From Chiloscyllium plagiosum (lineage: Eukaryota): a DNA stretch of 64,000 nucleotides. The notes below the pieces were generated by a model. The model searched no databases. It saw only the letters and a program-made list of their open reading frames with translations, and had not been told where the DNA came from. This document shows positions 12,000 to 23,989 of the stretch, in pieces (position 1 is the first letter of the stretch; the number at the start of each line of letters is the position of its first letter). Location: contig NC_057718.1 in NCBI RefSeq assembly GCF_004010195.1, positions 32,624,486 to 32,688,485 of the forward strand, given 5' to 3'. Made by a program: the position numbers and the translations under genes.

Positions 12000-13681
12000 T
12001 TTTCAATTCCTGCGGTGGCAGGGGTAGGTGCCAGGATAGGAGAGTGGGTTGGTGGGGGATGTGGACATGACAAGGGAGTCGTGGCGGGAACGGTCTTTAT
12101 GGAAGGCGGATAGGGAGAGAGAAACATATCTCTGGTTGTGGGGTCCGTTTGTAGGTGGCGGAATTGGCAGGCGAAGTATGCAGAGGTAGGTGGGTTGGAA
12201 GTTGAGGTCTGGGGGTGGGGTTTTGTCCTAGTTGTGGTTGGAGGGGTGGGGTTCGAGGGCGGAGGTGCGGGAAGTGGATGAGATGCACTGAAGGGCATAA
12301 TCAACCACGTGGGATGGGAAATAGCGGTCTTTAAAGAAGGAGGCCATCTGGTATGTTCTGTGGTAGAACTGGTCCTCCTGGGAGCAGATGCGGTGGCCAC
12401 TGCAGAGACTGCACTTTATCCCAGCTAAGGAATGCCTGCTTTCAAGGTAAACTGGAGAGCATGCAATTGGATCCTTCAGAGGGGTGTGGAAGCAAACACA
12501 GTGGGAAACAGGATGCAATGTTCAGGCCACAAGGTGGGTGGGCACCTAGGAAGCTCAAGGGTTGGCGCCCTTGTTTGCAAAAAAAATGACTCATGAAGGA
12601 CTTCCACAGAAGAGAGAACAACTTGACCACCCTCATTTACCTGCAACCTCCAAAATGGCAGCACGGTATGACATGAGTTGGAGGTGGGAATGCTACCGTC
12701 AAAACTTAATGGCATTCCTGCCTGAAACCCTGCCTGCCGTGTACCTTACAATTCTACTCTGTGTTTTACACATTTCTACTGCTAATTCATTCAATCCTTT
12801 ATCTCAGAATAAAGTCGTGCACTGAGGTGAAAGGAAACCCAATGGTTGCGACAATATTTTATTTGACGTTATTTCAGCAATGCAGTTTATAAGAAGGGGC
12901 CAGTTAGTTCAGTTGCTTGGAGTATGCTGCTTAACACTGGAGCTGATGTAGCTGTGCTAGTTCTTGGAGGCTGCTTGTTCAACTTGCCACATTGTGATGC
13001 TAAAGATAGATGTCAAGGGATTCCCAACAGCAGGTGGTGATGGTGTGGAAGGGCAGCTGGAGCAGTCCACTGACACTTATTAGAAAGAAAGAGTGTCTTT
13101 AGGTGGAGAGAGGGCTGATGGGAAGGGATAGTAGACAGATAAAGGAATTTGTCAGCCCAATGTAACCCAAACGACTCTTCCAAGTAAGTAGTGCTTTTTA
13201 TTTTGTTGTGTGGAATGTGGGTGTCACTGGTAAGGCAAGAATTTGTTGCCCATCCCTACCTGCCCATGAACTGAATGGTTTGTTAGGCAATTTCAGAGGG
13301 CAGTGAAGAACCAACCACATTTCCCTAAGTCTAGAAATACAGGTTGGCCAGACCAGGTAAGGGTGTCAAATTTCTTTCCTGAATGGACATTAGATTCTAA
13401 ACAGTTCCTTGTTTATCTTTAACATTCCGTGCTATTAGTAATGACCTGATGCCATTGGAATGATCCTGCTTTCTGATGTTTGGAGTTGCCCATGAGTTCA
13501 AATCTCGCATTAAATTGAGATCCACAATTTGTGATCCTTACTAAGGACACTGCATTAACAATCAGTCTGGGATGCTGCGTCTTCTATTAAATTTACACAG
13601 TCTCTTAATGTTTGCTTCAGGGTTCAGTTGCTTTAAAAAAAAGGGTCAAAAAAATGCCACTTAGTTAGATTATAAGATGAT

Positions 13682-13986
13682 GGGCAGCATGGTGGCACAG
13701 TGGTTAGCACTGCTGCCTCACAGCATCAGAGACCCGGGTTCAATTCCTGCCTCGGGCAACTGTCTATGTGGACTTTGCACATTCTCCCTGTGTCTGCGTG
13801 GGTTTCCTCTGAGTGCTCCCACAGTCCAAAAATGTGCAGGTTAGGTGAATTGGCCATGCTAAATTGCCTGTAGTATTAGGTGAAGGGGTAAATGTAGGGG
13901 AATGTGTCTGGGAGGGTTGCTCTTTGGAGGGTCAGTGTGGACTTGTTGGCCTGAAGGGCCTGTTTCCACACTGTTAGTAATCTAAT
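13682..13986 (+). mobile_element. HE1-type (V-SINE) tRNA-derived SINE
   Basis: A-box tggcacagtggttag, B-box gggttcaattcc, core ctgtctatgtggactttgcacattctccc...tgcgtgggtttcct, taatct tail. Confidence 0.88.
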
Positions 13987-14287
13987 ATAAGCTTTTTGAA
14001 AAAAATGTTCATGTTTTAATTCAGAGTTCCAGGACATCCAATTTTAACTTTGGAGCATATGGAGCAAGAAGGAAATGCTGAAGAGCCATGAGAAATGATG
14101 AGCCATTTAGAAGCTAAATCAAAGTGTATGATTGCGTTGGGGAAGAAATAAGCTTTTTTAAAAAAATTTCTAAGAATATATTGTTTCACAACCGTTCACC
14201 AAAACATGCAGGAGTGATTCCATATTTTAACCGACTGTTAGAAAATTCATAAAATACAGCAATATCTATTCCTGGTCTTCTCTTTAC

Positions 14288-14763
14288 CTTTGTTTATACA
14301 GTGAAGTATGCCCCGGCTGGCCAGGAGGGATCCCAGGCAATGATCCTGTCCTCTGATCCATCAATCTCCACTTTCGGAGTGTACAGTCGAAAGGTGGATC
14401 AGGCGGCCATTGGACATTCGGTCTGCCACCCAGTGAAGATGCAGGGGTACATCCAGATGCATGGTACGGTGCCAGAGAAACCCTGTTCCCAGCGTTGTAT
14501 GACAGTGGGTGGTGGTGGCTGTTGTTCTTTACAGACGACATTTCAGGACTATACTTGTCGAGCATCATCTGCCGATGTGAGGTGGTGAAATTTGGAGCAA
14601 ATGACTGGAACATGTTGCTCATGTTGTTGGAATAATCGTGCATTCTTGGTGTGTTCTCGGAAGGGGGCTGCTCATCATGGCAGATTGGGCTTAACTGGAA
14701 GTCTTCCCCATCCATGGGAATGTAGGGAGCCAGAGTTTCAAGGTCCAGATCACTCAATTCCGC
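14288..14763 (-). CDS. EPAS1: EPAS1 exon (equivalent to exon 12) with C-ODD/N-TAD LETLAPYIPMDGEDFQL
   Basis: AELSDLDLETLAPYIPMDGEDFQLSPIC...QWPPDPP...YKQ(R). MDGEDFQL and WPPDPP are HIF-2alpha-type. Acceptor ttccag|GCG, donor AG|gtaaag; 476 nt. Confidence 0.97.
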
Positions 14764-15254
14764 CTGGAACAACACATTAAAGACAGTGAATAGAGTGTGG
14801 AATATTATTCACAGAATACTTGCAATACCAAACAGTGTCTTTTTTTTAACAGGACACAGGCTATTCTACTTAATAGTAAATCAAATGAAAATATATTGAG
14901 TTAAAGAGCAGTACAATTTTTGTTTTAAAACTAGCACTGCCAGAGCTTGAGAATAAGTTGGGCACAACAATCAAAAAGAGTAAGAAACAGTTAGAATTGC
15001 TTTTAAAAACAATGCCAAGGGAAGTAATAGTGGTAAACTGGAACATACTCATCATTTTTCCTCCCCTTGAAGAGCACCTACTACTGTTTCACATAGATCC
15101 TGAAGTTACTCATGGACTGCTTTTGAATGGATAAATTGTCTTTGAAAAGTAAGGTTAAGGGGATATGCTGTCTTAGCTCAAAACTTTCAACAAATCTAAA
15201 TGTTAGGTTTTCCTACAGTCACCTCTATTGCCACCTATGGACATTTAGTGTCAT

Positions 15255-15805
15255 AAATATCCACAGCACAGAAAAAGGCCCATCGAGTCTGTGAAGTTCA
15301 AAAACAGCCACCTAACTATTCTAATCCTATTTTCCAGCACTTGGCTAATAGCTTTGTATGCCTTGGCATTGCAAGTGCAAATCTAACTGTGGTGAGAGTA
15401 TCTATATCTACTCAGCGAAAGTGAATATTGTGGATGCTCGAGATTAGAGTTAAGAGTGTGGTGCTGGAAAAGCACAGCAGGTCAGGCAGCATCCGAGGAG
15501 CAGGAAAATCACCATTTCGGGCAAAAGCCCTTCATTAGGAATTAGAGGCAGTCAGTTCCAGATTCCCACTACCCTATAAGTGAAAACATTTTTCTTGACA
15601 TCCCCTCTAAACCTCCTGTCCCTTACCTTAAATTTATGTCCCCTGGTCACTAATCCCTTCACTAAGGGGAATATTTCTTCCCATCTACCCTGTTTATGTT
15701 CCTTCTGAATTTTATACATTGCAACTATGTCCCCCATTTGTCTCCTCTGTTCTAAGGAAAACAATCTCAGTCTATCCAAACTCTCTTCATAACTGAAATT
15801 CTCCA
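15255..15805 (-). mobile_element. Older CR1 3' fragment with an inserted Penelope terminus (about 15418-15542)
   Basis: ORF LRLFSLEQRRQMGDIVAMYKI...TRGHKFKV. The insert gtgctggaaaagcacagcaggtcaggcagcatcc matches the Penelope terminus. Confidence 0.7.
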
Positions 15806-16204
15806 CTCCATTGTCTAATTTTAAAAGTGCTATTATTTTAACTCATTATTTTAACACACATTCCTTAAAAATAAATCTACAACTATCGAGACCTAAAAGT
15901 TGGGTAAATTCATAGTTAGAGTTGATTTAATTAAAAGCCTGTTGTTGTAATCAAAATGTCGCCTTATTTTTCTGAAGATTTAAACTGTAAGTACTTAGTT
16001 CTAAAACTTGCTGGAAAATTTTATAGAAATAAACTATCAAGCTAATTGCTCGCCGATTATTACAGAGACATACAGCACGGAAACAGACCCTTCAGTTCAA
16101 CTTGTTCATGCCAACCAAGTTTCCCAAAAGTAAATCAGTCCCACTTGTCTGTATTTGGCTCATATCCTCCAAACCTTTCCTGTTCATGTACCTATCCAAA
16201 TGTC

Positions 16205-16980
16205 TGGTTCAGAAAAGATTTACAAGGATGTTGCCAGGGTTGGAGGATTTGAGCTATAGGGAGATGCTGAACAGGCGGCACGGTGGCACAGTGGTTAGCA
16301 CTGCTGCCTCACAGCGCCAGAGATCTGGGTTCAATTCCCGACTCAGGCGACTGACTGTGTGGAGTTTGCACATTCTCCCCATGTCTGCATGGGTTTCCTC
16401 CGGGTGCTCCGGTTTCCTCCCACAGTCCAAAGATGTGCACGTCAGGTGAATTGGCCATGCTAAATTGCCTGTAGTGTTAGGTAAAGGGGTAAATGTAGGG
16501 ATATGCTTTGGCGGGTCAGTGTGGACTTGTTGGGCCGAAGGGCCTGTTTCCACACTGTAAATAATCTAAGGCTGGGGCTGTTTTCCCTGGAGCGTCGGAG
16601 GCTGAGGGGTGACCTTATAGAGGTTTACAAAATTATGAGGGGCACGGATAGGGTAAATTGGCAAAGTCTTTTCCTTGGGGTTGGGGAGTCCAGAACTAGA
16701 GGGCATAGGTTTAGGGTGAGAGGGGAAAGATATAAAAGAGACCTACAGGGCAACTTTTTCACAGAGTGGTACGTGTATGGCATAAGCTGCCAGAGGAAGT
16801 GGTGGAGGCTGGTAGAATTGCAACATTTAAGAGGCCTTTGGATGGGTATATGAATAGAAAGGGTTTGGAGGGATATGGGCCGGGTGCTGGCAGGTGGGAC
16901 TAGATTGGGTTGGGATATCTGGTCGGCATGGATGGGTTGGACTGAAGGGTCTGTTTCCATGCTGTACATCTCTGACTCTA
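16205..16980 (+). mobile_element. CR1/HER1 3' fragment with nested HE1 SINE
   Basis: VQKRFTRMLPGLEDLSYRE [SINE] LGLFSLERRRLRGDLIEVYKIMRG, then the CR1 tail. Confidence 0.85.
16274..16568 (+). mobile_element. HE1-type SINE
   Basis: ggcggcacggtggcacagtggttagcactgctgcctcacagcgccag..., full core and aatcta tail. Confidence 0.9.
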
Positions 16981-17710
16981 AATGTTATAACTGTACCTGT
17001 ATCCAACACTTCCTCTGGTAGTTAATTTCATATACAGACCACCTTCTGCATGAAGGTGGTTACCCCTCAAGTCCCTTTTAAATCTTTCTCCTCTCACTTT
17101 AAAAATGTGTCCCCTAGTTTTGACCTTACCCACCCTAGGGAAAAGAACTTTGCTCTTCACCTTATCTATGTCCCTCATGATGTTATAAACTTCAATAAGG
17201 TCACTGCTCAACTTCCTAAGTTCCAATGAAAAAAGTCCCAGCCTTTCCTTATAATGCAAATCCTCCAGTCCCAGCGGCAACCTGGTAAGTCTTTTCGGAA
17301 CTCTCCAATTTAATAAAATCCTTCCTGTAGCAGGTTGATCAGAACTGTATACAGCACTCCAGAAGTGGCCTCACCAATGTCCTGTGAAACCTTAACAATG
17401 ACATCCCTACTCTTATACTGAATGGTCTGAGCAAAGAAGGTAAGTGTGCTAAACACTTTCTTCACCACCCGGTCTACCTCTGATGCTACTTTCAAAGGAC
17501 TATGTACCTGCATCCCTAGGTTGACAACATTGTCCAGGGCTCTACCATTAACTGTGTAATTCCTGCCCTTGTTTGTTTTACTATAATGCAATACCTCACA
17601 TTTATCCAACTCAAACTCCTTCTGCCACTCCTCAGCCCAATGGTCCAATTGATCAAGATCCCTTTGTAATCCTAGATAACCTTCTTCACTGTTGACTCGC
17701 CCACCAATTT
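16981..17710 (-). mobile_element. CR1 RT/3' fragment
   Basis: LQRDLDQLDHWAEEWQKEFELDKCEVLH; LGLFSLELRKLSSDLIEVYNIM. Confidence 0.85.
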
Positions 17711-19663
17711 TCTTTGTATTTTGTTGAATTTTATAGAGATTTAAATAAACAGTCAAAACATGCAAATTAGAAGCTGACATATAATAATCTTTAAAAAATA
17801 TCTTTCTCAGAATAGAGAAATTTAGCATTTCACAAATACAGAATTATTTATCCAGGACCAGAGAGTTTCTTCAGAAGTAGTTAGTACTTAGCATTAGAAC
17901 GCCAGGTAACTTATAAACAAGATGCACATTTTATCAGAGAGTTTCAGCAGTGATCTTATAGCATGAAAGAACGAAACTCTCATTAGTTCAGTGACAACCT
18001 GTGCAGTGCACCCTACATAGAAGAGTAGAATTTCTGCAGTCAGTGTACACATGCAGGTCTCAGTGAGGGAAAGAGAGGGCGCAACTGAAATCTTACTATG
18101 AGTGAATTGGTGGGATTAGGTACATTTAGGGGGTTTAAATGGACAAAAAAAAGAAGCCTGTTGGGAAGCTGGCCGCAACCCATTGACAGGCAGGGAAGGA
18201 GGTGAGCAACCCACCCCTTCCCTCGAGGTCAGATGGTCTTCGAAATACATAAACAAGGCTTGAAACCTCAACATTAACCTGCTTTTCAGGGTTTAACTGT
18301 GGCCAATTAAGTTGCCTGGACCTTGGGAAAACAGGACGCTGCAGTGTGTGATGATATTCATTTCTTGCGGGCCAGGAAGAGTAAGAGGCCTCCTCGAGGC
18401 CCTCCAGGCTCCTGCAACATTATCCCATAGTTCTGACTTCCTCCCCCGACATCTTCCTCAGAATGGTATAATCCCTGAGACTGGATGCACCCATGATGAA
18501 GTTAAGCTTTGGACCTTGAACCATTTCACAACCTCATTGTCATTACTGAGATCTATTTGCTCCCATACAACTTTTACCAGAACTTTTCCCACTCTGTTTG
18601 GAGGTCAAGCTTGTTCATCTTTTGGTGAAATGCAAAAAAGGAATCCACTGCAGAGATGACAAACTGTGCATTCAGTGGGGAAATACAGGCCTTATGGTTT
18701 CCCATGCTATACCAACTCCATCCTCCCACTCCCTCCCAGGGCTTCAGCGTATTAGAATTCTCCACCCATTTGCTATTTGTGTCAAGATAATCAATGAACA
18801 GAAATTCAAGGTGAATGGCAAAGGAGCAATGAACCAGAGAGCAACAGGATCCCTTTTTAGAAGGGCTGGCCCAGACTAAAAGGGTGAAATAGCTTCATTC
18901 TGTGATATATCATGTCAGCTTTCAAAGGAATAATAAGTGATTGCTGACAGTTTTACCAGAATTATTGTGGCAAAAATTCCAGATGGCATTCTTAATCTGC
19001 TCTTCCAGATTCTGTAGGTTGGAAATACAATGAAATATCCCATAGGTATATATTCCTGTTCAAGTTTACATATCATATTTTATTGCCTTACAGCTGTATG
19101 TTTTATGTGCCACTCCTTCAAACTACAAGTGCAGTGCTGTGTAGATTATCTACAGAGATGACTTTTGCAAATCCTTTGAATGCTATTTCTATAAACTGGA
19201 GCGAGCAATTGGCAGAATTGCGGGGAGTATATTGCACTGGGATGATTTAATAATCACTGTACTGTTGAGGGGAAATCAATCTCTCAGCAATCCACCTCTG
19301 CACAATGACTATTTTCCAAAGCAACATGAACTGCAGTGCAACAATGAATTTGGCATGATAACACTGAACCATTTTGACTTATCAATGACTATTGAAACGG
19401 GATGAGATACCAGCCTGACCACATTCGCTGCTAAATAGCTATACTGTTTGCAGATTTATTATATTTTAATAAAATGTATGTATATTTTAGAAATTAAAGG
19501 TGAGTCTAGATCTCTGACCTCTGTTTCCCAGTGAAAGTTATTATCATAATGAATTCTGAGGTGACCTTATATATCTTAATCAAATAGATGATTTGTCTTT
19601 TTGAGTCGCTGTGGAACCTCTGCATATTTATTGGTTATTTTGTGTTTATTTTAATGAACTAAC

Positions 19664-19774
19664 CTGAGTGCTACATTGTTTTTTTGCTTCAGTGTCCATA
19701 GCAAAAAGTTTCTCAATCAGTTCAATCTTGAGATCATTGTCCAAGGAACTGTAGTAGTCTCCAGGGCTACTTGG
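19664..19774 (-). CDS. EPAS1: EPAS1 exon (equivalent to exon 11), absent from the ORF track
   Basis: Manual translation [37 protein letters not shown]. Acceptor ttatag|CCA, donor CAG|gttagt; 111 nt, phase 0/0. Confidence 0.95.
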
Positions 19775-21604
19775 CTATAATTGCAAAGTAAAGAAACATC
19801 TTTAAAATGCATTGTCCTGATGAATAATTTAATTCATCCAATTACTATTGACATCACTAAAATAGTATCAAGCATCACTTACATCCGTCTCACAGGTTTG
19901 ATTCAAAATCTTTATTGCATGCAATGAATGAAGATACTGTTATTTCTGAGAACCCGGATTCAAAGACAATTATACAAGTAGAAAATGGTCAGATAGTGCA
20001 ATTGTAACTAACTTGGAGACAACTGTAGAAGTAAATAAGAAATGGAGATTATATTTCGCTCAACCAGCAGTAAAAGAGTATTATGACAGACTAAAATTAA
20101 TATTGCAACAGAAAATCCTTTCCATTTTGGAAGGATTTTATATTCTGTGAGCATAGACACCAAAGAAAACTTGACTTAGATAGTATAAACTCAAATAAAC
20201 TGTAAAATTGTAATGTCTTTATTTAACAAGTATTATTTTAAACATAAATTCTATTGTTACTTTTCGGTATCATCTCACTTGCAAGTGTCCTTTGAATTCA
20301 CATTCAGACAGGAATAAGTTTGGGATTGTGCAATGCTGGCAGCAAGTCTTGCCTACTGGCAGCACTTTATGATAAGCTAATGGTCAGAAAATGATCAGCA
20401 ATGGCCAGTATTTAATGGAGAGCCAGCAACAGCTGTGTGTTGGCCCCTCAGGAAGGCCCAATATATGATGTGCCTCTTAGGCAGTTAACTGGACAATGGT
20501 GGGCCTTTTCCCAAGATCAATATTCCAGGAGGTGGAAATAAGACCTTAAGACATAGGGGCAGATATAGGCCACCGAGTGAGTTCATGGCTAATCTGATAA
20601 CCCTCAATGCAACTTTCCACCTTTTTCCCCATAATTGTTGATTTCCTTTGCTAATTAAAATCTGTCTATCGCAGCCTTGAATATACTTAACAATGCAGTC
20701 TTGACAGCCCTCTATGGTAAAGATTCTCTCTGAAAGAAGATATTCTTCCTTGTCTCTAGATTAAATGGACGATGATCCATTACTCTGAGATTATGCCCTC
20801 AGGTCCTCAACGCTGCCATAAGACAAAACAACCTCTTCACATTGGCCCTGTCAAACCCCCACTGAGAACTCTGTACACTTGAATAAGGTCAGCTGTCATT
20901 CTTCTAAGCACCAAGGAGTAGAGACGCAGCCCTACTTAACCTCTTATCAAGTGCAAGGTACTTGTTTAGCCTCTGGAATGGGACTTTAGTCCCGAACCTG
21001 CCAAAGTGAAGAAGCTAATATTGAGTCAAAGGTGTATAATGATGTGCAGAAAAAGTGCATTAAAAAATCCTACCCACTGAGTGATGCCAGCCAATTGGAA
21101 GTTGCCACATTGGGCATTGCTCAGTGGAACAGTGACTTCTGCCAGCAATGCACCCATGCTTTTATCACTGAAGGACTTGGCGATAGAGGAGAGAAGATGG
21201 GAAGAAAATCATGGGCTGGGAGTCACAGAGGTTAGGAGCATTGGCAGCAAAGGCTGGGAGAGGATGGATTAGGTTTGTAGCAGGCTCCAGTGGCTTCTCA
21301 ACCCAAGAGCTCTCAAGCAGCCCCAGTTACATATGCTTTCAATATTCCAGCATGGTGAGTCTCCTGTAGTGATGGTGTCAGGATTTTAATTGAGCATTAA
21401 TTACCTTCTTAAGGGCTTCCAATTGGCAGTGGGACATTTCTGCCATAGAGTTAATCTAGACAAAGGGAGGACCAATGGTGGATTCCCAATTTCCTATCTG
21501 ATTAAATGCACCTCTGTCACCAAACCCGCCAAACAGAGGGAGGCATTAAATTCTGGTGTGCTTAAACTCTGGTTGTGAAGAGTCTTTGCCACCAATGAAA
21601 GGTT

Positions 21605-23560
21605 AAGAACATAAGAACTAGGAACAGGCGTAGGCTATCTGGCCTTTTGAGCCCACTCTACCATTCAATAAGATCCTGGCTGATCTATTTATGGCCTCAG
21701 CTCCACTTACTCACCCTCTTACCATAACCCTTAATTCCTTTACTGTTCAAAGAATTATCTAGCTTAGCTTTAAAAACATTCAATGAAGAGGCCTCAACTA
21801 TATCTCTAGGCAGGGAATTCCACAGATCTACAACCCTTTGGGTAAAGAAGTTCCTCCTTAATTCAGTCCTAATTCTGCTCCCCCTAATTCTGAGGCTATG
21901 CCTCTTGTTCTAGTTTCAGCTGCCAGTGGAAACAGCCTCCCTGCTTCTATCTTATCTATTCCCTTCATAATGTTGTGTTTCTGTAAGATACCCCCTCATT
22001 CTTCTAAATTCCAATGAATATAAACCCAGTCTACTCAGTCTTTCATCATAAGCCAGTCCTCTTAACTCCAGAATGAACCTCGTGAACCTCCTCTGCACCC
22101 CCTCCAGTGCCAGCACATCCTTTCTCATGTAAGGAGACCAAATCTGCGCGCTGTACTCCAGGTGTGGCCTTACCAGCACTGTATATAGCTGCAACATAAC
22201 CTTTCTGCTTTTAAACTCAATCCCTTTCACAATGAAAGACACAATTCCATTCACCTTCCTAATTACCTGTTATACCTGCAGACCAACCCTCTGTGATTCA
22301 TGCTCAAGAATACCCAGGTCTCTCTGTACAGCAGCATGCTGCAACATTTTACCATTCAAATAATCGTCCTTTTTACTGTTACTGCTACCAAAATGTATGA
22401 CTTCACATTTATCAACATTGAACTCCATCTATCATACCTTTGCCCACTCGCTTAAACTATCTATATTCCTCTGCAAACTTTCAGAGTCTTCTGCGCACTT
22501 TGCTCTATCACTCATCTTAGTGTCATCCACAAACTTTGATACTCTACACGTGATTCCAACTCCAAATCATCTATGTAAATTGTAAACAATTGCAGACCCA
22601 ACACTGATCTCTCAGGCACACCACTAGTCACTGATAGCCAACCAGAAAAACACTCATTTATCCCCACGTTTTGCTTCCTGTTAGTAAACCAATCCTCTGT
22701 CCATGCTAATACATTGCCCATAATGCCATGCATCTTTATCTTCTGCATTAGCCTTTTGTCAGGCACCTTGTTAAATGCCTTTTGGAAATCCAGATAAACA
22801 AAATCTACTGGGTCCCCGTTGTCCACTGCCCTTGTAATGTCCTCAAAAAATTCCAGTAAATTATTTAAACATGACCTGCCTTTCATGAATCCATGCTGCA
22901 TCTGCCCATTACTCATTCGTGATGATTTGTGCTGTTAACTCATCTACCTTGTTTTGAATGCAACGAGCATTCAGGTAAAGTGTCTGTATGCTAGTTTTTA
23001 TGCCTTGTTTTTATCCATTAATAATATCTCCTGAGTTTTCCTTACTTTTAATGTCTTTCATAGCCTTTGATGTAGTTAAACCCTCCTGCATACGTTAAAC
23101 TGCTGCTTTCTTTTCTACATACCATTATATTTCCTGTTGTTTTCCCCTTCCCTCCCCCCAATTCACTAGTTTAGAGTCCTAGTGACCACCTATTTATACT
23201 TCTCGCCAGAACAGTGGTTCCACATTGGCTCAGGTAGAGACAGTCCTCATGGTCCAGATCCCTCCTGTTCCAAAACTGATGCCAATGCCCAATGAAATGG
23301 AACTCCTCTTTCCCACATCACTCCTTTTAGCCTTGTGTTTATTTCCCTAATTTTCTTATCCCTAAGCCAATTTACACGTGGCCTGGGTAATAATCCAGAA
23401 ATTATAACCCTTGAAGATCTGTTCCTTAATTTTGTTCCCAGTGCTTGATAATTCCCAAACAGGCCTCCTTCCTAGCCTTGCCCGTGTTGTTTTTCCCAAC
23501 GTGGACCACAACAACTGGATCCTCCCTCTCCAGCTCTAGTATCCTTTCAAGCTAGTTAAC
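21605..23560 (-). mobile_element. CR1 LINE remnant (RT region plus upstream ORF1-like piece)
   Basis: QHGFMKGRSCLNNLLEFF...YLDFQKAF...SGVPERSVLG..FTIYIDDL and LVRPHLEYSAQIWSP. About 23190-23300 reads GHWHQFWNRRDL..., like the CR1 ORF1 esterase domain. Confidence 0.8.
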
Positions 23561-23989
23561 GTAGGTGTTAACAATGTCTTGAACCTACATCATCCCTCCA
23601 TTCAATAAAAAATATCCCAAAGGACTTCACAGGAACATAATCAAATAAAACTTGACATATAAGTCACATGAAAGAAATATTAGGACAGGTGACCAAAAGC
23701 TTGATCAAATAAATATTTTAATCACAGTCCTAAAGGAACATAAAGCGGTCCAGAAGTGGAGAGATTCAGCAAGCAAATTCCACAACTTAGGACTAAACTA
23801 CTGAAGACATCGCCGTCAATTGTCAACTCGTACTTTGAGTTCTGAAGAAGGGTCATGTTGGACTCAAAATGTGAACTTTGTTTATTTCTCCACAGATGCG
23901 GCCACATCTGCTGCTGAGTGAGTTTCTCCAGCAGTTTTAGTTTTTATTTCAGATTGCCTGCAGTATTTTGCTTTTATTAGAACTAAAAG

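Larger units (their letters stand above)
11168..12400 (-). mobile_element. Penelope-like retroelement 3' part (GIY-YIG endonuclease region), degenerate
   Basis: Frameshifted fragments MASFFKDRYFP..., LLTERFREHLWDT, AEHFNSPSHS...EERLIFRLGTLQSHSINVDF. Terminal repeat at about 11170-11260. Confidence 0.8.

Noticed and set aside
13682..13755. tRNA gene (A and B boxes), also at 16274 and 61949
   Set aside because: These are tRNA-derived SINE heads continuing into SINE core and tail, with no proper acceptor stem.
15225..15243. Second CTCF-like motif (ccataggtggcaa on minus)
   Set aside because: Weaker match at the 5' core positions; not supportable by eye.
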